A stretch of DNA of 64,000 bases from NCBI RefSeq assembly GCF_001194135.2, contig NC_069000.1, forward strand, positions 7,550,885-7,614,884, read 5' to 3'. Numbering within the stretch: position 1 is the first letter of the stretch; each line of letters begins with the position of its first letter. A program made the translations under genes and the position numbers. The notes below the pieces were generated by a model that ran no database searches, had not been told where the DNA came from, and was given only the letters and a program-made list of their open reading frames with translations. Below are positions 47,897 to 61,000 of this stretch, in pieces. Source of the stretch: Octopus bimaculoides. Taxonomy: Eukaryota.

Positions 47897-50613
47897 TGTG
47901 GATTTATCGAAATCGAAGCTCATTAACCGGATCCCTAAGGGAGCTCGGGATAGCTTTACTTGCGTGCTCTCCAGCTTGTTGAAAAACGTATGTTTATCCA
48001 ACAATGCGTCCGACTGGCAGAAACTGTATCTGTTCCTTCGCATCTCTCCCCACGTGCACGATGTGAAATCGGGCTCCCTTACATCTTCTCTCAAGCAACA
48101 GTTCCAGCTATTTGAGTCCACCCCGACCATTTCTCACTTTAATTTGACATCGAACACGGTACCTACCGGTAGGCAACCGATTCGCCTCAAGCGCGCAGTC
48201 AATGCCAAATTCCGTGAATTTGACATAAAACGGGCTGTCCGTCTCCTTTCTTCTCTATCCTCTATCGCTCCGTGTGACTCTGAGTCTCTTAGACGTTTGA
48301 AAGAGAAGCACCCACTGGCACTCCCTGATAATCAACTAAACTGGCCTTAGGCTAGTCTTCACCTCTGATAACAGATGGTTATCAGATGCGGGAATTGTTG
48401 GCCTTTGGCCTTATAGGAAAGTTGGTTTTACATCATTAGATGTATACCTGACTTTCCTATATGAAATTAAGAATATAACGGAACGCTGAACTCCAGACTA
48501 TCAACTTAAACAACATTTATTCAGGTGGTAAATATATACATCTTTAGCTCTTGTTTGTTGTTACAGCTTCCCTGTGTGTGAGCATAGTTGTTGGGACGTT
48601 GTTATGTAGATGTGAGCGAGCTGTCTAGCGTAAGTTCGAAAGATGTAGAAAGACAGCTAAACACGTCTATGCTCATTCGCTGGCCAGCAAGAAAGAGACT
48701 GTCTCCAGAGTTGGAATGTTGGAGACACTGCTTGACACGTCCATGCTCATGGCCGGCCGACCGAGAAAGAGAGAGATCAAAGCGGGAAAGCTTGGTATGT
48801 TGAATCCCACGCATGCGTGAGACTACGCATGCGCCGGCGTTACTACAGCCTCAACATATCAAGGATGGTACCTCCTTGTCGGCCAGTGACGCTGGACTTG
48901 AGCTCTTGGAGAATTTTACTCAGTTTCTGAGCCAGTTCTCTTCAGTGAATGTCCTCCCTTATATCCGCCCACTATTCTTCGGTGTAAAATTATTCGGTTT
49001 CACTAAACCCAACGGAGACCTGCGTCCCATTGCGGTCGGCTGCACCCTTCGCCGTCTCACTGCAAAGGTGTGCTTACAATCGGTCTCTAACTTATTGGAA
49101 GAGGAATTTTCCCCCACCTAGGTAGGAGTGGGCACCAAATTGGGATGTGAAGCTGCTGCCCACGCTACCAGAGTCTATGCCAACTTGCCCTCCTTGTCAT
49201 CCAAGGTCATCTTCAAACTTGACCTTAAGAATGCCTTCAACTCGATCAGCTGCGATGCTGTCTCCAGCTCAGTAAGAGAGAAGGTCCCACAACTGTACCA
49301 CCTTGCATGGCAGGCTTATCGGGAGCCCTCCTATCTCTCTTTCGGTGACCAAATCATCACCTCCACCTCAGGAGTTCAGGAGGGCGACCCACTCGGTTCG
49401 TACTGGGCATTAATGACATCACGAAGATAGGGGTCGAGCTAGACCTCAACGTCTAGTATCTCGACGATGCTTGTTTGGTGGGGTGGGGGACCTCCGGACA
49501 GGGTTCTCGCCATTGCAACAATGGTGGTTGGGGAGCTTGGTCGCCGGGGTCTTCCAGAAAACAGCTCCGAATGTGAGCGCTGGATCCTCAGCCACCCGAC
49601 TCCTCACCATCAACCAACTACTAACTTTTTGTAGAGTCCTTCCCTTCCATTGCAGTCCCTCCCCCATCGGCTTGGTGCTCCCTAGGAGCCCCAATCACTA
49701 ACCTTGCCTTTGAGTCCATCTTCCAGTCGAAGGTGGCTGCCCTTGAGCAATTGCTGAAAAATACTGAAGCTATCGAGCCCCATCAAGGTTTTTTCATACT
49801 GAGGAATTACCTCTCGATCTCTAAGCTTCTATATTTACTCAGAGCCAGCTCATCTTATCGATTCCTATCATGCCTCCAACGCTTGGAGAACCTAATCTTT
49901 GAGAGACTCGAATGCTTAGTCAATGTCAGACTCACTCCAACATCCCGCAATCAGGCTGCATTGCCCAAACGATTTGGAGGTCTTGGTTTTCGTAAGTGTT
50001 CGTCCCTCTTTCTTCTTTGCTTCCTTTCCTCCACCCACGCCTGCTTCACCTGGGTGAGCAACATCCTCTCCTCTCCAACACGGACCAATTCCCACAGGGA
50101 GTTGGATGAAGCTCTCCAACACTGGAGAGAATTGGGCTTGTCTGCTCCTGAGAAGGTGGACGACTGTCGGAGTCAGAGAGCTTGGGACAACATAATTTTG
50201 AAGACCACCTTCGACTCCCTCTTCAGCCAGTCGGACCAGTTTTCAAAGTGCTGCTTACTGTCTCCTAGTGCCAAATACTCAGGTAACTGGATTGATGCCA
50301 TCCCCGTGGCTAATGTTGGTGGCCTACTCAGCTTGGACGAACTTCGTGTCTCCATTGCCCTCAGAGTGGGAGCTGACGTATGCACGTGCTTGATTTGTCG
50401 TTGTGGCAGGCTCATCGACTCCATAGACTTCCACGACCTTTCTTGCCGCCTGAATGCTGGTTGCTTCGCGCGTCATACGGAGTTGAACCTGATACTCAAG
50501 AAGATCTTGGTCCGGGTAAACATCCCCTCCAATTTCGGAACCATCTGGACTGTCCAAAAATGATGGGAAGAGACCTGACGGTCTCATTCTGTGACCCTGG
50601 TCCCACGGCAGAT
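47897..50613 (+). mobile_element. Decayed CRE-clade non-LTR retrotransposon, truncated by a gap
   Basis: RIPKGAR, PQHIKD, LRPIAVGCTLRRLTAK, GTKLGCEAAAH, KLDLKNAFNS, GVQEGDPLG, YLDD, LPKRFGGLG, CRCG...HDLSC...RH zinc knuckle, PDG. Confidence 0.78.
48441..48847 (-). mobile_element. Putative solo LTR (~407 bp) inserted in the CRE element
   Basis: Minus strand starts TGTAGTAAC and ends GGTATACA, with internal TATA-like and AATAAA motifs. It interrupts the CRE frame just before PQHIKD. No clear target-site duplication found. Confidence 0.45.
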
Positions 50614-52148
50614 ANNNNNNNNNNNNNNNNNNNNNNNNNNNNNNNNNNNNNNNNNNNNNNNNNNNNNNNNNNNNNNNNNNNNNNNNNNNNNNNNNNNNNN
50701 NNNNNNNNNNNNNNNNNNNNNNNNNNNNNNNNNNNNNNNNNNNNNNNNNNNNNNNNNNNNNNNNNNNNNNNNNNNNNNNNNNNNNNNNNNNNNNNNNNNN
50801 NNNNNNNNNNNNNNNNNNNNNNNNNNNNNNNNNNNNNNNNNNNNNNNNNNNNNNNNNNNNNNNNNNNNNNNNNNNNNNNNNNNNNNNNNNNNNNNNNNNN
50901 NNNNNNNNNNNNNNNNNNNNNNTTTAGTTTCTTTCTTTTTTCTTCTTAATTTTTTTTAATTGTGTTCTTTATTTTGTCCAATTTTCTAATTTAATATTTT
51001 GTAAAATGGTAGACACTGTGAAGGCAATAAAAGTTTATTGCTATTAACAGAAAAAAAAAGAAAAAGAAACAGAGAGCTTAATTGTAGCAGTCCAAGATCA
51101 AGAGATAGAAACAAACAACTTGAGAAAAAAATATGTATGGAGAGAATGTGTGAGAAAATGTAGAGCCTGAGGGAAAAAAAAAAAAAAAAAAGATTTTCCC
51201 CAGGAAAAAAATTTTCCCACAATTTTTTTTATAATCTTAATCTATGCCGTTTGAAAGGTATTTATATAAAATTTCATTAAAAGATATCCATTTTCCTGAC
51301 AGTTATGAGGGGAAAAATCGGGGGTGTGAATTTTCCGAAAGTCCTCTTCCCGCCCCGGTTCGTTTGCGCAAATTTTCGTTTTCAGATTCGTTTACTACAC
51401 ATTTTTTTTGTACACCTATTACNNNNNNNNNNNNNNNNNNNNNNNNNNNNNNNNNNNNNNNNNNNNNNNNNNNNNNNNNNNNNNNNNNNNNNNNNNNNNN
51501 NNNNNNNNNNNNNNNNNNNNNNNNNNNNNNNNNNNNNNNNNNNNNNNNNNNNNNNNNNNNNNNNNNNNNNNNNNNNNNNNNNNNNNNNNNNNNNNNNNNN
51601 NNNNNNNNNNNNNNNNNNNNNNNNNNNNNNNNNNNNNNNNNNNNNNNNNNNNNNNNNNNNNNNNNNNNNNNNNNNNNNNNNNNNNNNNNNNNNNNNNNNN
51701 NNNNNNNNNNNNNNNNNNNNNNNNNNNNNNNNNNNNNNNNNNNNNNNNNNNNNNNNNNNNNNNNNNNNNNNNNNNNNNNNNNNNNNNNNNNNNNNNNNNN
51801 NNNNNNNNNNNNNNNNNNNNNNNNNNNNNNNNNNNNNNNNNNNNNNNNNNNNNNNNNNNNNNNNNNNNNNNNNNNNNNNNNNNNNNNNNNNNNNNNNNNN
51901 NNNNNNNNNNNNNNNNNNNNNNNNNNNNNNNNNNNNNNNNNNNNNNNNNNNNNNNNNNNNNNNNNNNNNNNNNNNNNNNNNNNNNNNNNNNNNNNNNNNN
52001 NNNNNNNNNNNNNNNNNNNNNNNNNNNNNNNNNNNNNNNNNNNNNNNNNNNNNNNNNNNNNNNNNNNNNNNNNNNNNNNNNNTCCACATTCACTCTTCAG
52101 GTGTCCTCTAAGCGCATGCGTCCTCCTCCAACAGGTATTTCCTATAAA

Positions 52149-52297
52149 ATGGAGAACCTGCGAAGGTTGACCTATATTTTATTGCTCTATTCTTTTACAC
52201 TTTCTCCAGGTAAGTCTGTCTTCCTACGGCTACTCTCTTAATGATATCTTCTCACCTTTATTCATTTATAGTTTCACTTGAAAGTTAATTGCGTTTA

Positions 52298-52340
<43 letters not shown>

Positions 52341-55300
52341 GGTATGTCTGTATTATCTTGTATATGACCTCATTATAACCGTCATGAAATTGTTTTACAA
52401 ATGTATGAGACCAAATAATCCTGATATGAACGCCCAGTTATTTTATAAATTTGATGGTTTAAGTTTACTCTAGAAATGTTCTTAACGTTGATATTATTGT
52501 GTATTTTGTGTGGTCTTGATGTGACAGGTGTATAGAAGGTCTAACGCTATTCATCACACCTTTTAGCTCTCTCAGTACATCTTTAGCTTTTTTGTATGGC
52601 TTAACTATTCAACTTTTGATGTTAAGAAAGCTTTTTATTATTACCGTTGTGGTCAATAAAGAGGGTATGTTGTTATTATTATTCGCATGGTGGATTGACA
52701 GAATCGTTAAGGTGTCAAAGAAAATTACCCGCAGTATTTATTTCAGTTATATTCTAGGTTAGCTTTAGTTTTCATCCTTTTGGAGTCAATAAAATAAAGT
52801 GCCAGTCAAGCAACTGGGTCGATGCAATTGTCTAAACCCTTCCCAGAATTTGAAACCATTATTATTATTATTTGTTGAAAGATGGGTGGATGTCGGAAAA
52901 ATGGTCAGTAGGTATGGACCAATTCTCAGAATACACCTGTATTTATGAGTTTTTCCATAAGTAACCTTTAAAGTGTCTTCCCCTAACACGAATGTTTTTT
53001 TTTTTTTCGCAAAACCCTTTGTATCTTGTCTTGTGTTGTCCTTTAATGTTTTGACCTATATTAGCCCTTATGGCCAATAAAAGAATTTATTATTATTATT
53101 AGACGGTGGCATAGCAATATCGTTATGGCGTCGTAGGAAATATCTCGCGATATTTGTTTCAGCTATTTATAGGTTCTGAGTTCAAATGTCGACGAGGTCA
53201 ACTTTGTTTTTCGTCTTTTTGGATGAAATATTGGGATCGTTATAACTCTTCAAAATTTCTGGTCTTGATCTAAATTGGAAATATTTTGATAATTTTATTT
53301 TGTGGTCGTAGTGGGTTTATGTCGAGAAGTATTAGCAGGGTCTCTATGATTGGAACTCTAAGTTGCTGGTTCTAATGCTTGTAAGTTAGTGGAGTTCGAT
53401 AATGGCCTAAAGATGTGTTACATCGAGTGACGAAATTTAGCACCCAAGAGCATGTTGCGTCTCTCAGATGGCTATCTATCTACTTTCACAAAACTTTTGT
53501 CAACCCAATGCGATGATAGGAAATATTTACCTAAATAAAGTATAACGTATTGGAACCAAATCCACAACTACACATTGTAAAGCAAACGTATCTCCGTTAC
53601 TGTATACAAACTTACCAAATTTTAAGAAGTTACTATGTCGTAAGGAGACAGAAGTTTAAAGTTCCCTATATAAGCAGAAGTTCTAAGATCATTTCGGAGA
53701 AAATATAGTTTAACTCTCGTAGTTCTTGAGTTCTCTGATCACTTCATGGTTTGTTAATCTAACATCTTTGTCTCAAATGTCACAGCTATTCGTGTATCCA
53801 AAAGACTTTCAGTGTGTTTGTGTATATTATTTTTCGTTACCGTCTCTGCTTTTTTTTGTTTTATATATTTCCTGTTGTCCTCATAACTCGCCCTTCTTAC
53901 TGTTCAGTCTACAACTCCGTCCATTTTTACTCGTTTCATTCTGTCCTTTTTGTTCGTTCATTTATATGTGAGAAATGTTTTTGTTGTTGACGCCACCAAA
54001 TTGAACAATATTATTGGTAAGGTATCGAAATTATGATTTTTGGTCGATAATTGATGGAAAGATGAATGTTTCTACGTTTGTTGTATTTTTTCCTGTTTTC
54101 CATATGTTCCATTGTCAGCTTTGTATGCAACATTAAAAGCATCCAGCACACACTGTAAAGTGGTTGGCGTTAGGAAGAGCATCCAACCATACAAACCATA
54201 TCATGGCTGTTCACACACAGGTATCATACAATCTGCCTTTCTCTCTGAGGGAGAGGCCCTTTGTTACAAACAAAGATAAAAGCTCCCTGAACTTTACCCA
54301 CCCGAGCAGTTACACTCTCAGAGCATCCCTCTCCACTGCTGACTTGTTCAGCTAGATAAAGCTAAGGTGAATTACCTTAAAGAAGAGTAGATTAGATAAT
54401 ACAGTCCTACAAGCCTCTGACAGAATGGTCACCATTGGAAGCTTTTGACCATAAGCTTGTTTAATTAAGGTTGACCTGAGGCTAAAAACAAAAGCTTATT
54501 TATTTAGGTGGCCAAGATACAGTAGTGAACTGTGCCACCATCATGTACCTTGTTTATGACTAAATGATCTGTGCTAATGAATGCTGAAAAATCTCCATTG
54601 TTTGAAGGTTTTTCTCCACTGGTGTCTTACAGTGTGTGCCCCCTTGTGCTAAAAGTTATTGTGATTTGAACCTAGAACCTGCTGGTTTTGACATCCTTCA
54701 CCTATGCTATTGATCTTCTACCTCCATGTTTGGAATGGTGTTGCTGTTGTAGTGGACAATTGGATGACGGCCATCAAGGCAGGCCTTACACTGACTACAG
54801 CTCCAGGCATCTAAGGTCTTAGTTGGTAAGATGTGTAGGCTGGGTTCAAATCAGATCTGAAAACAGTTGATGGGAGAGGTTTTGGACACAAGTTTAACAT
54901 GTGGAGTTGATTATTGATAAGCACCAACTTCAAATACCATCTTGGATATGAACCTGTAAAGTTGTTCCGCTAAGGTAAGTAAAGTATATTGCTTAAACAT
55001 TCTGTCAATAAATCCTTGAACTAGAATTAACTTTTTCATTTCTTTGTAGTTATTTCTGTTGATCCAATTGTGACAATTAAGCAACCTGAAGATAAGTTTG
55101 GAGATAGAACGATTACTGCTTTAAAAAATGATGATGTCGCAATGGTGTGCGTTGTCATGAACAAAGATTCAAATACTCCGGTAAGGGTTAACCACCATCA
55201 TTGTCAAAATCACTACAATAACAGTCTCTGTTCTTCTGATCTCACTTGAAATCTACTTTGTTCACTTGTTTCTCAGTAGAGACTTACATTCTCAACCTTC

Positions 55301-57963
55301 CTCCTCTTAAAAGCATACCTCCTTCGACTACCTTTCTGGTTTGTTCCCCCCGCCACTCAAGTTGGATGAAATGGGCTGTAGATAGCCAGTTCATTTAGTC
55401 AGATGAAATTACATGTTTATAGAACAGCAGTTGTCCATCTGTGTTGAATTCAAGACATTCCTTACCTGTCTAACCTACTGCTAAAGCCCTTTCCAGCTCA
55501 CTCGTCTCCCCGACATTCTTTCCCTGCGGCTTCCCAACGCAAAAGAAGACCATGTTGGTGCTACTTCCCTCACTTTCTCACTCACCCTTCCTCTTTCGGT
55601 AGGGCCCATCAGCCATTGACATCACTGCCCTTTCCTTCCAGTTCACCTCATCCCCACGAAACTCTTTGGAAAACTTAAGACATTAATTCTGTCTGTCACT
55701 TTTGTATTTAGATCATTATTGTTATTGCAATAAATATTTTTAATAGAAATACTTAGGCTGTTGTTGGCTACAGCACATCTGTACTGTATGAGCCATGCTT
55801 TATTTTTTTCTTGAATGTAACAAAAAATTACTATGCATCTAATGTGACCATATTATGGATAGGATACCAAGTGTATGATGAAATGTATTGAATTTGCTTT
55901 TCCACAAAAACGTAGAGGTTTGTCTTGTGCAAGAGAGTATGTCTTACACATTGGCAAATGCAGCATATTGAGATGGGAGACAGTTTTTATTATCATCATC
56001 AGCTTCAACATCATAACTATCATTATCCTTCATCATCATCTTCATTAATATCTTTATTGATTAATACAATAATTTAATGTAAAACTGATTGATATTCACA
56101 GGTGAAGTGGAGTCGTATCGATGGCAAAGTTAGACATGATGTTGGCACTGACACCAGTTCGTCAAACACCCAGAAATACATTATTGTCCAGGTGACTGCA
56201 GTCTCCTGGCGTTTGACCATCCAGAATATCCAAGAGAGTGACAAAGGACAATATGTGTGTAAGGTCCAAATAGATGAGAAACAATATAGTTCTGACTTTC
56301 GCTTTGTGAGGGTCGTAGGTGAGTACATGCATGTATACGCCCCCCCCCCCCCAGCACCCACATTCTTAGCCAACCAGAGTCATTATGAGGTTATTCAGAG
56401 TACTACAAATAGCAGTCACAGATCTCTCAAATCATACTTTACTGTCTAAAAAACAGAAAAAGACCCATCATCATCATACATCCTACTGGCATAGGTTGGA
56501 TGGTTTGACCAGGCTAGCATGCTGGAAGGCTGCACCAGACTCCAATCTGATTTGGCATGGTTTTCTACAGCTGGATGCCCTTATTAATGCCAACCACTAC
56601 TAACTTGGTCACCTAGATAACGGAAGCTATCTACTACCTCTAACTTGTCCCCCTCCCCCCCAGTAGTTGATGGAGTCTTTTTCTGCACATTTTCTGCATT
56701 TATTGTAGCTGTGCATCTTTCACATACAAAAGTTAGTTTCCCTGTTAACCTTTCACTGATATTGCTTCATCTTTTATGTGTTCAAAGCTTACACTAGGTG
56801 TATCTTATGGAGTTTCTACCTACATCTTTTCTACAAATTGAGCAGGGCCATCTACCTGAAGGTATTTACTAAGACTTTGAGATGCAATTTGGTTTTATGC
56901 CAGGGAGAAGTGCTACTAATACTATCTTAGCCAGACAACTGTAGAAGTATTGAAGTTAGAGAAAACCACTGTACTTGGCATTTTTTGACCTGGAGAAAAC
57001 CTTTGATAAGATCCCTTTGTCAGCTCCTGTCAAGCCACCCAACATATATCAGCATGAAAAGCAGATATTAAATTATGTTGATTATGATTGCTGTAATGGC
57101 GATGCTTTCTATTTGTAGAAAAACCTCAAATCCTTGACATGAGAACAAGTAGTGACACCAGTATTGATTATGGAGAGAAACTGACCCTATCTTGTAATGC
57201 CCAAGGAATGCCCCCTCCAAAGGTCATCTGGTCACGAATGGCTGGAGCTGATTTACCAGACGGTGGAATGGAGAGATGGGTAAGTGTCTATCTGTATGTA
57301 TCTTTATCCTGAGGTAAGGAGTTCAAGTTAGCATCACATCGTATCATAAAGCATATCTGTTGACATGGAAAAGTCATTAAAACATCCACAGGCCATCACC
57401 ACAATCTGTGCTCCCTGTTTTTCTTTCACTCTGTCGGTTACGACGACGAGGGTTTCAGTTGATCTAATCAATGGAACAGCCTGCTTGTGCAATTAACATG
57501 CAAGTGGCTGAGCATTCCACAGACGTGTACCCTTAATGTAGTCCTCAGGGATATTCAGCATGACACAATGTGGCAAGGCTGACCCTTTGAAATACACGTA
57601 CAACTCATTTTTGCCAGCTGAGTGAACTAGAGCAACATAAAATAAAGTGTCTTGTCCAAGGACACAGTGTACCTCCTGGAATCGAACTCTCAACCTTACA
57701 ATTGTGAGCTGAATTCCTCTAACCACTCAGCCATGCACCTTCACATCACTATCACCCACTTATTTATAATTTGTACACTATATGAAATACCTGTTATAAT
57801 CAAACATTGAAATTATTTCCATACATTTGTGTGTGGCTTGTTTTGTATGTGTCAATGTACCTGTGTATCTGTTTTTGTGAAAAGTATTTGTGTGTGTATG
57901 TACTATGACTGCTGTGCACACACATACACTGTGCTGTTTAGATATGACTACTTACATGCACCA

Positions 57964-58009
<46 letters not shown>

Positions 58010-61000
58010 TATATATGTATGTATGTATGGAAAGAAAGGAGATGAAAAATATATATATTACAAACACCATGGCTGGATTACAAGCTTGTCCTATTTTCAT
58101 ATATTGAACTCCCCACACAACTCCTCTAGTTTATTAAACTCATTTGGAAACATAGTTTCTTCTGATTTCATAGAAAGAATGCTTGCTGTCATAAAACTCA
58201 ACCATCCATGAATCTACCATGGTAAGTGATAATGGTGCGAAGGAGCATGACTTGATAGTTAGAGGTATTTAGCTCACAATCATAAGGTCATGACTTCAAT
58301 TCCTGGTGGTGTGTCGTGTCCTTGAGCAAAACACTTTATTTCACATTGTTCCAGTCCACTCAGCTGGTAAAAATTAGTTGTACCTGTAATTCAGAGGGCC
58401 AGCTTTGTCACATTCTATGTAAAGTTGAATATCCCTAAGAACTACATGAAGGATGTGTATATCTATGGCGTACTAAGCTACTTGCACCTCAGAAATTAAA
58501 ATTACAGTTTGGTTTCAAATTCTATTGGAGGGTCAGTTATGTCTTTTATCATTCTGAGATTGATGAAATAACTGTTAAGCATTAAGTTTAATAGTCAGTT
58601 ATATGATGAAAAGATGGTGGGCCAATGTGGTCATAACTGAAAGCAGGATAATAAATAAATGACAAAATTGTTTTAGGGAAACAATTGTTTATTTTTATTC
58701 TTCCAGAATACGCTGCTGCCAATTAACAAGATAACACCCAAAGATCGAGGCAAATATATTTGCCAAGCGGTCAATGAAGCAGGTGTTGATAAGAGAGTCA
58801 TCTCAGTCCTTGTGCGATGTGAGTATCTTTCTGTTTTAATTTTTTTTTTTATCTAGTTTAGCCAGGCATAAGGTGCAGTGCCCATGATTACTGTAGGGCT
58901 TTTGAAGTTGTGTGTGATGAGGGTTAGTTGTGAGACAGGAAGAAGTGGTTTGGGGTCCATTCTCACATTGGAGACATTAATGCTCTTGAGGAAGTATTGT
59001 ATGCCATGTTTGGATGGCAGAAGATTGAGGAGGGCCTTGAGACATTTTGAGAAGAAAGGAAAGAAGGTAGGTTAATGCAAAGGCCTTGGGAATGAGTGAG
59101 ATACAATGGGGAGGATATGAATTGGGAAAACCAGCATATTGGGTGAAACTATCAAGTTCAGAAGAGCAAAAGTTGTTGGAGCAGAGGTAGGACTCTTTGT
59201 GAAGTGTAGCTTTGTGGTTGTCGAGTACCCTCATGCATCTAAGTTTTCTCTACCTCATATTCATATTTATTTAATTTATTTAAAGAAAACTTCATAGGCG
59301 CAGGAGTGACTGTGTGGTAAGTAGCTTGCTTACCAACCACATGGTTCCAGGTTCAGTCCCATTGCGTGGCACCTTGGGCAAGTGTCTTCTACTATAGCCT
59401 CGGGCTGACCAAAGCCTTGTGAGTGGATTTGGTAGACGGAAACTGAAAGCAGCCCATATTTACATAAGTGTGTTCATGTGCATGTTTGTGTATCTGTGCT
59501 TTTCCCCCCAACATCGCTTGACAACCGATGCTGGTGTGTTTACATCCCTGTAACTTAGCGGTTCAGGAAAAGAGACTGATAGAATAAGTACTAGGCTTAC
59601 AAAATATGTCGTGGGGACGATTTGCTCAAGTGGAGGTGGTGCTCCAGCATGGTCGCAGTGAAATGGCTGAAACAAGTGAAAGAAAGAATACTTACTGCTA
59701 CAATAGAATTATGTGTTTTTCTATTATAGAATTTTGTCACTTACTGGTTATGCAACTAAAGAAGCTATTGACCATTTTAGTGTTTGGCCAATTGCATTTT
59801 CTGATAAGCTGTAAGCTTCATGTTGAAAAGGCATATGGCTTAACGTATAGTAAGCACATTGTAACCGAGTGAATTGTGATGTGTCTGGAGCCATTAGAAT
59901 AGCAGTTGGGAATTTTTCAGTATAACTTCCAGTATGATGTACATTACATGCAATTGTTGCTCTGGGGTGACTCTCATTTGCACGTAACTCTCCAGCCTAA
60001 CTCCCATCTGTACATGCGACTCTCCAACCTGACTCCCATCTGCACATGTGACAGTCCCTACTTCCACATAACCGCTTCACAATGGGTTATTTCTGATGTT
60101 CACAGTAAAAAATTTTCTAGAGTCAATTAGGTTAATCATTTATCTTAATTATAAAATAATCACTCATTTTAAAATTTTGTTTTTAGTTCCTCCTCAAATC
60201 AATCCTGAGAAAAGTCGTGTTGCACAGGCACTTGGTTATCGAACAGAATTGGTATGTTTCATTGAAGCTTTCCCTGATGTTACCAAAGAACTAATTACTT
60301 GGACCAGGATTGGAACCCCTATAGACAGAGATTCTGACCGGTATATCTATCTATTACTAATATTAATTTATGTTCAATATGACCTATGCATCTGTATTCT
60401 TCATCATTATTGTTTAATGTCCATTTTCCATGCTAGCATGAGTTTGACCAGAGCTGACAAGCTGTCCAGATTCCAATTGTCCAGATGCCTTTCCTAACAC
60501 CAACCACTTTACAGTGTGTTGGGTGCTTTTTACATGCCACCAGCATGGGGAGCATTTATGTGGCACTGGTACCTGCAAAGGACATGTATTACTAATGTTT
60601 AATTCATATTCTATATATGACTGTTATCTTTTATGTATTACTGATGGTAATTTATGCTCTGTGTTTAATCTATATATTTGCCATTTCTGCTGAAGTGGCA
60701 ACGGTCAGTTTGGTCCACATTCAGCCATTATGAAAGACTGCTGAATGTGGAGAATGAATGGGAGGAAGAGAGTCAGCCAAAGGTTGATCCAATGGAGGGA
60801 CCAGCTGGTGACATGTAAAATGCACCATCTGAACATGTTCGTTGCCAGGCTCCGGTGGCATGTAAAAAGCACCATCTTAGGATGACCTTGTCTACCATGT
60901 CATTTTAAAGACATTTGGGTATATTTGAGGGCATTTAGCTGCTAATTTATATTAGTTTGAGAAACCACATAGTGGCATCCACACTGGTTTGTCTCAGTAA

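Noticed and set aside
50922-51422. A/T-run-rich island between two gaps
   Set aside because: Looks like low-quality sequence; no interpretable feature.
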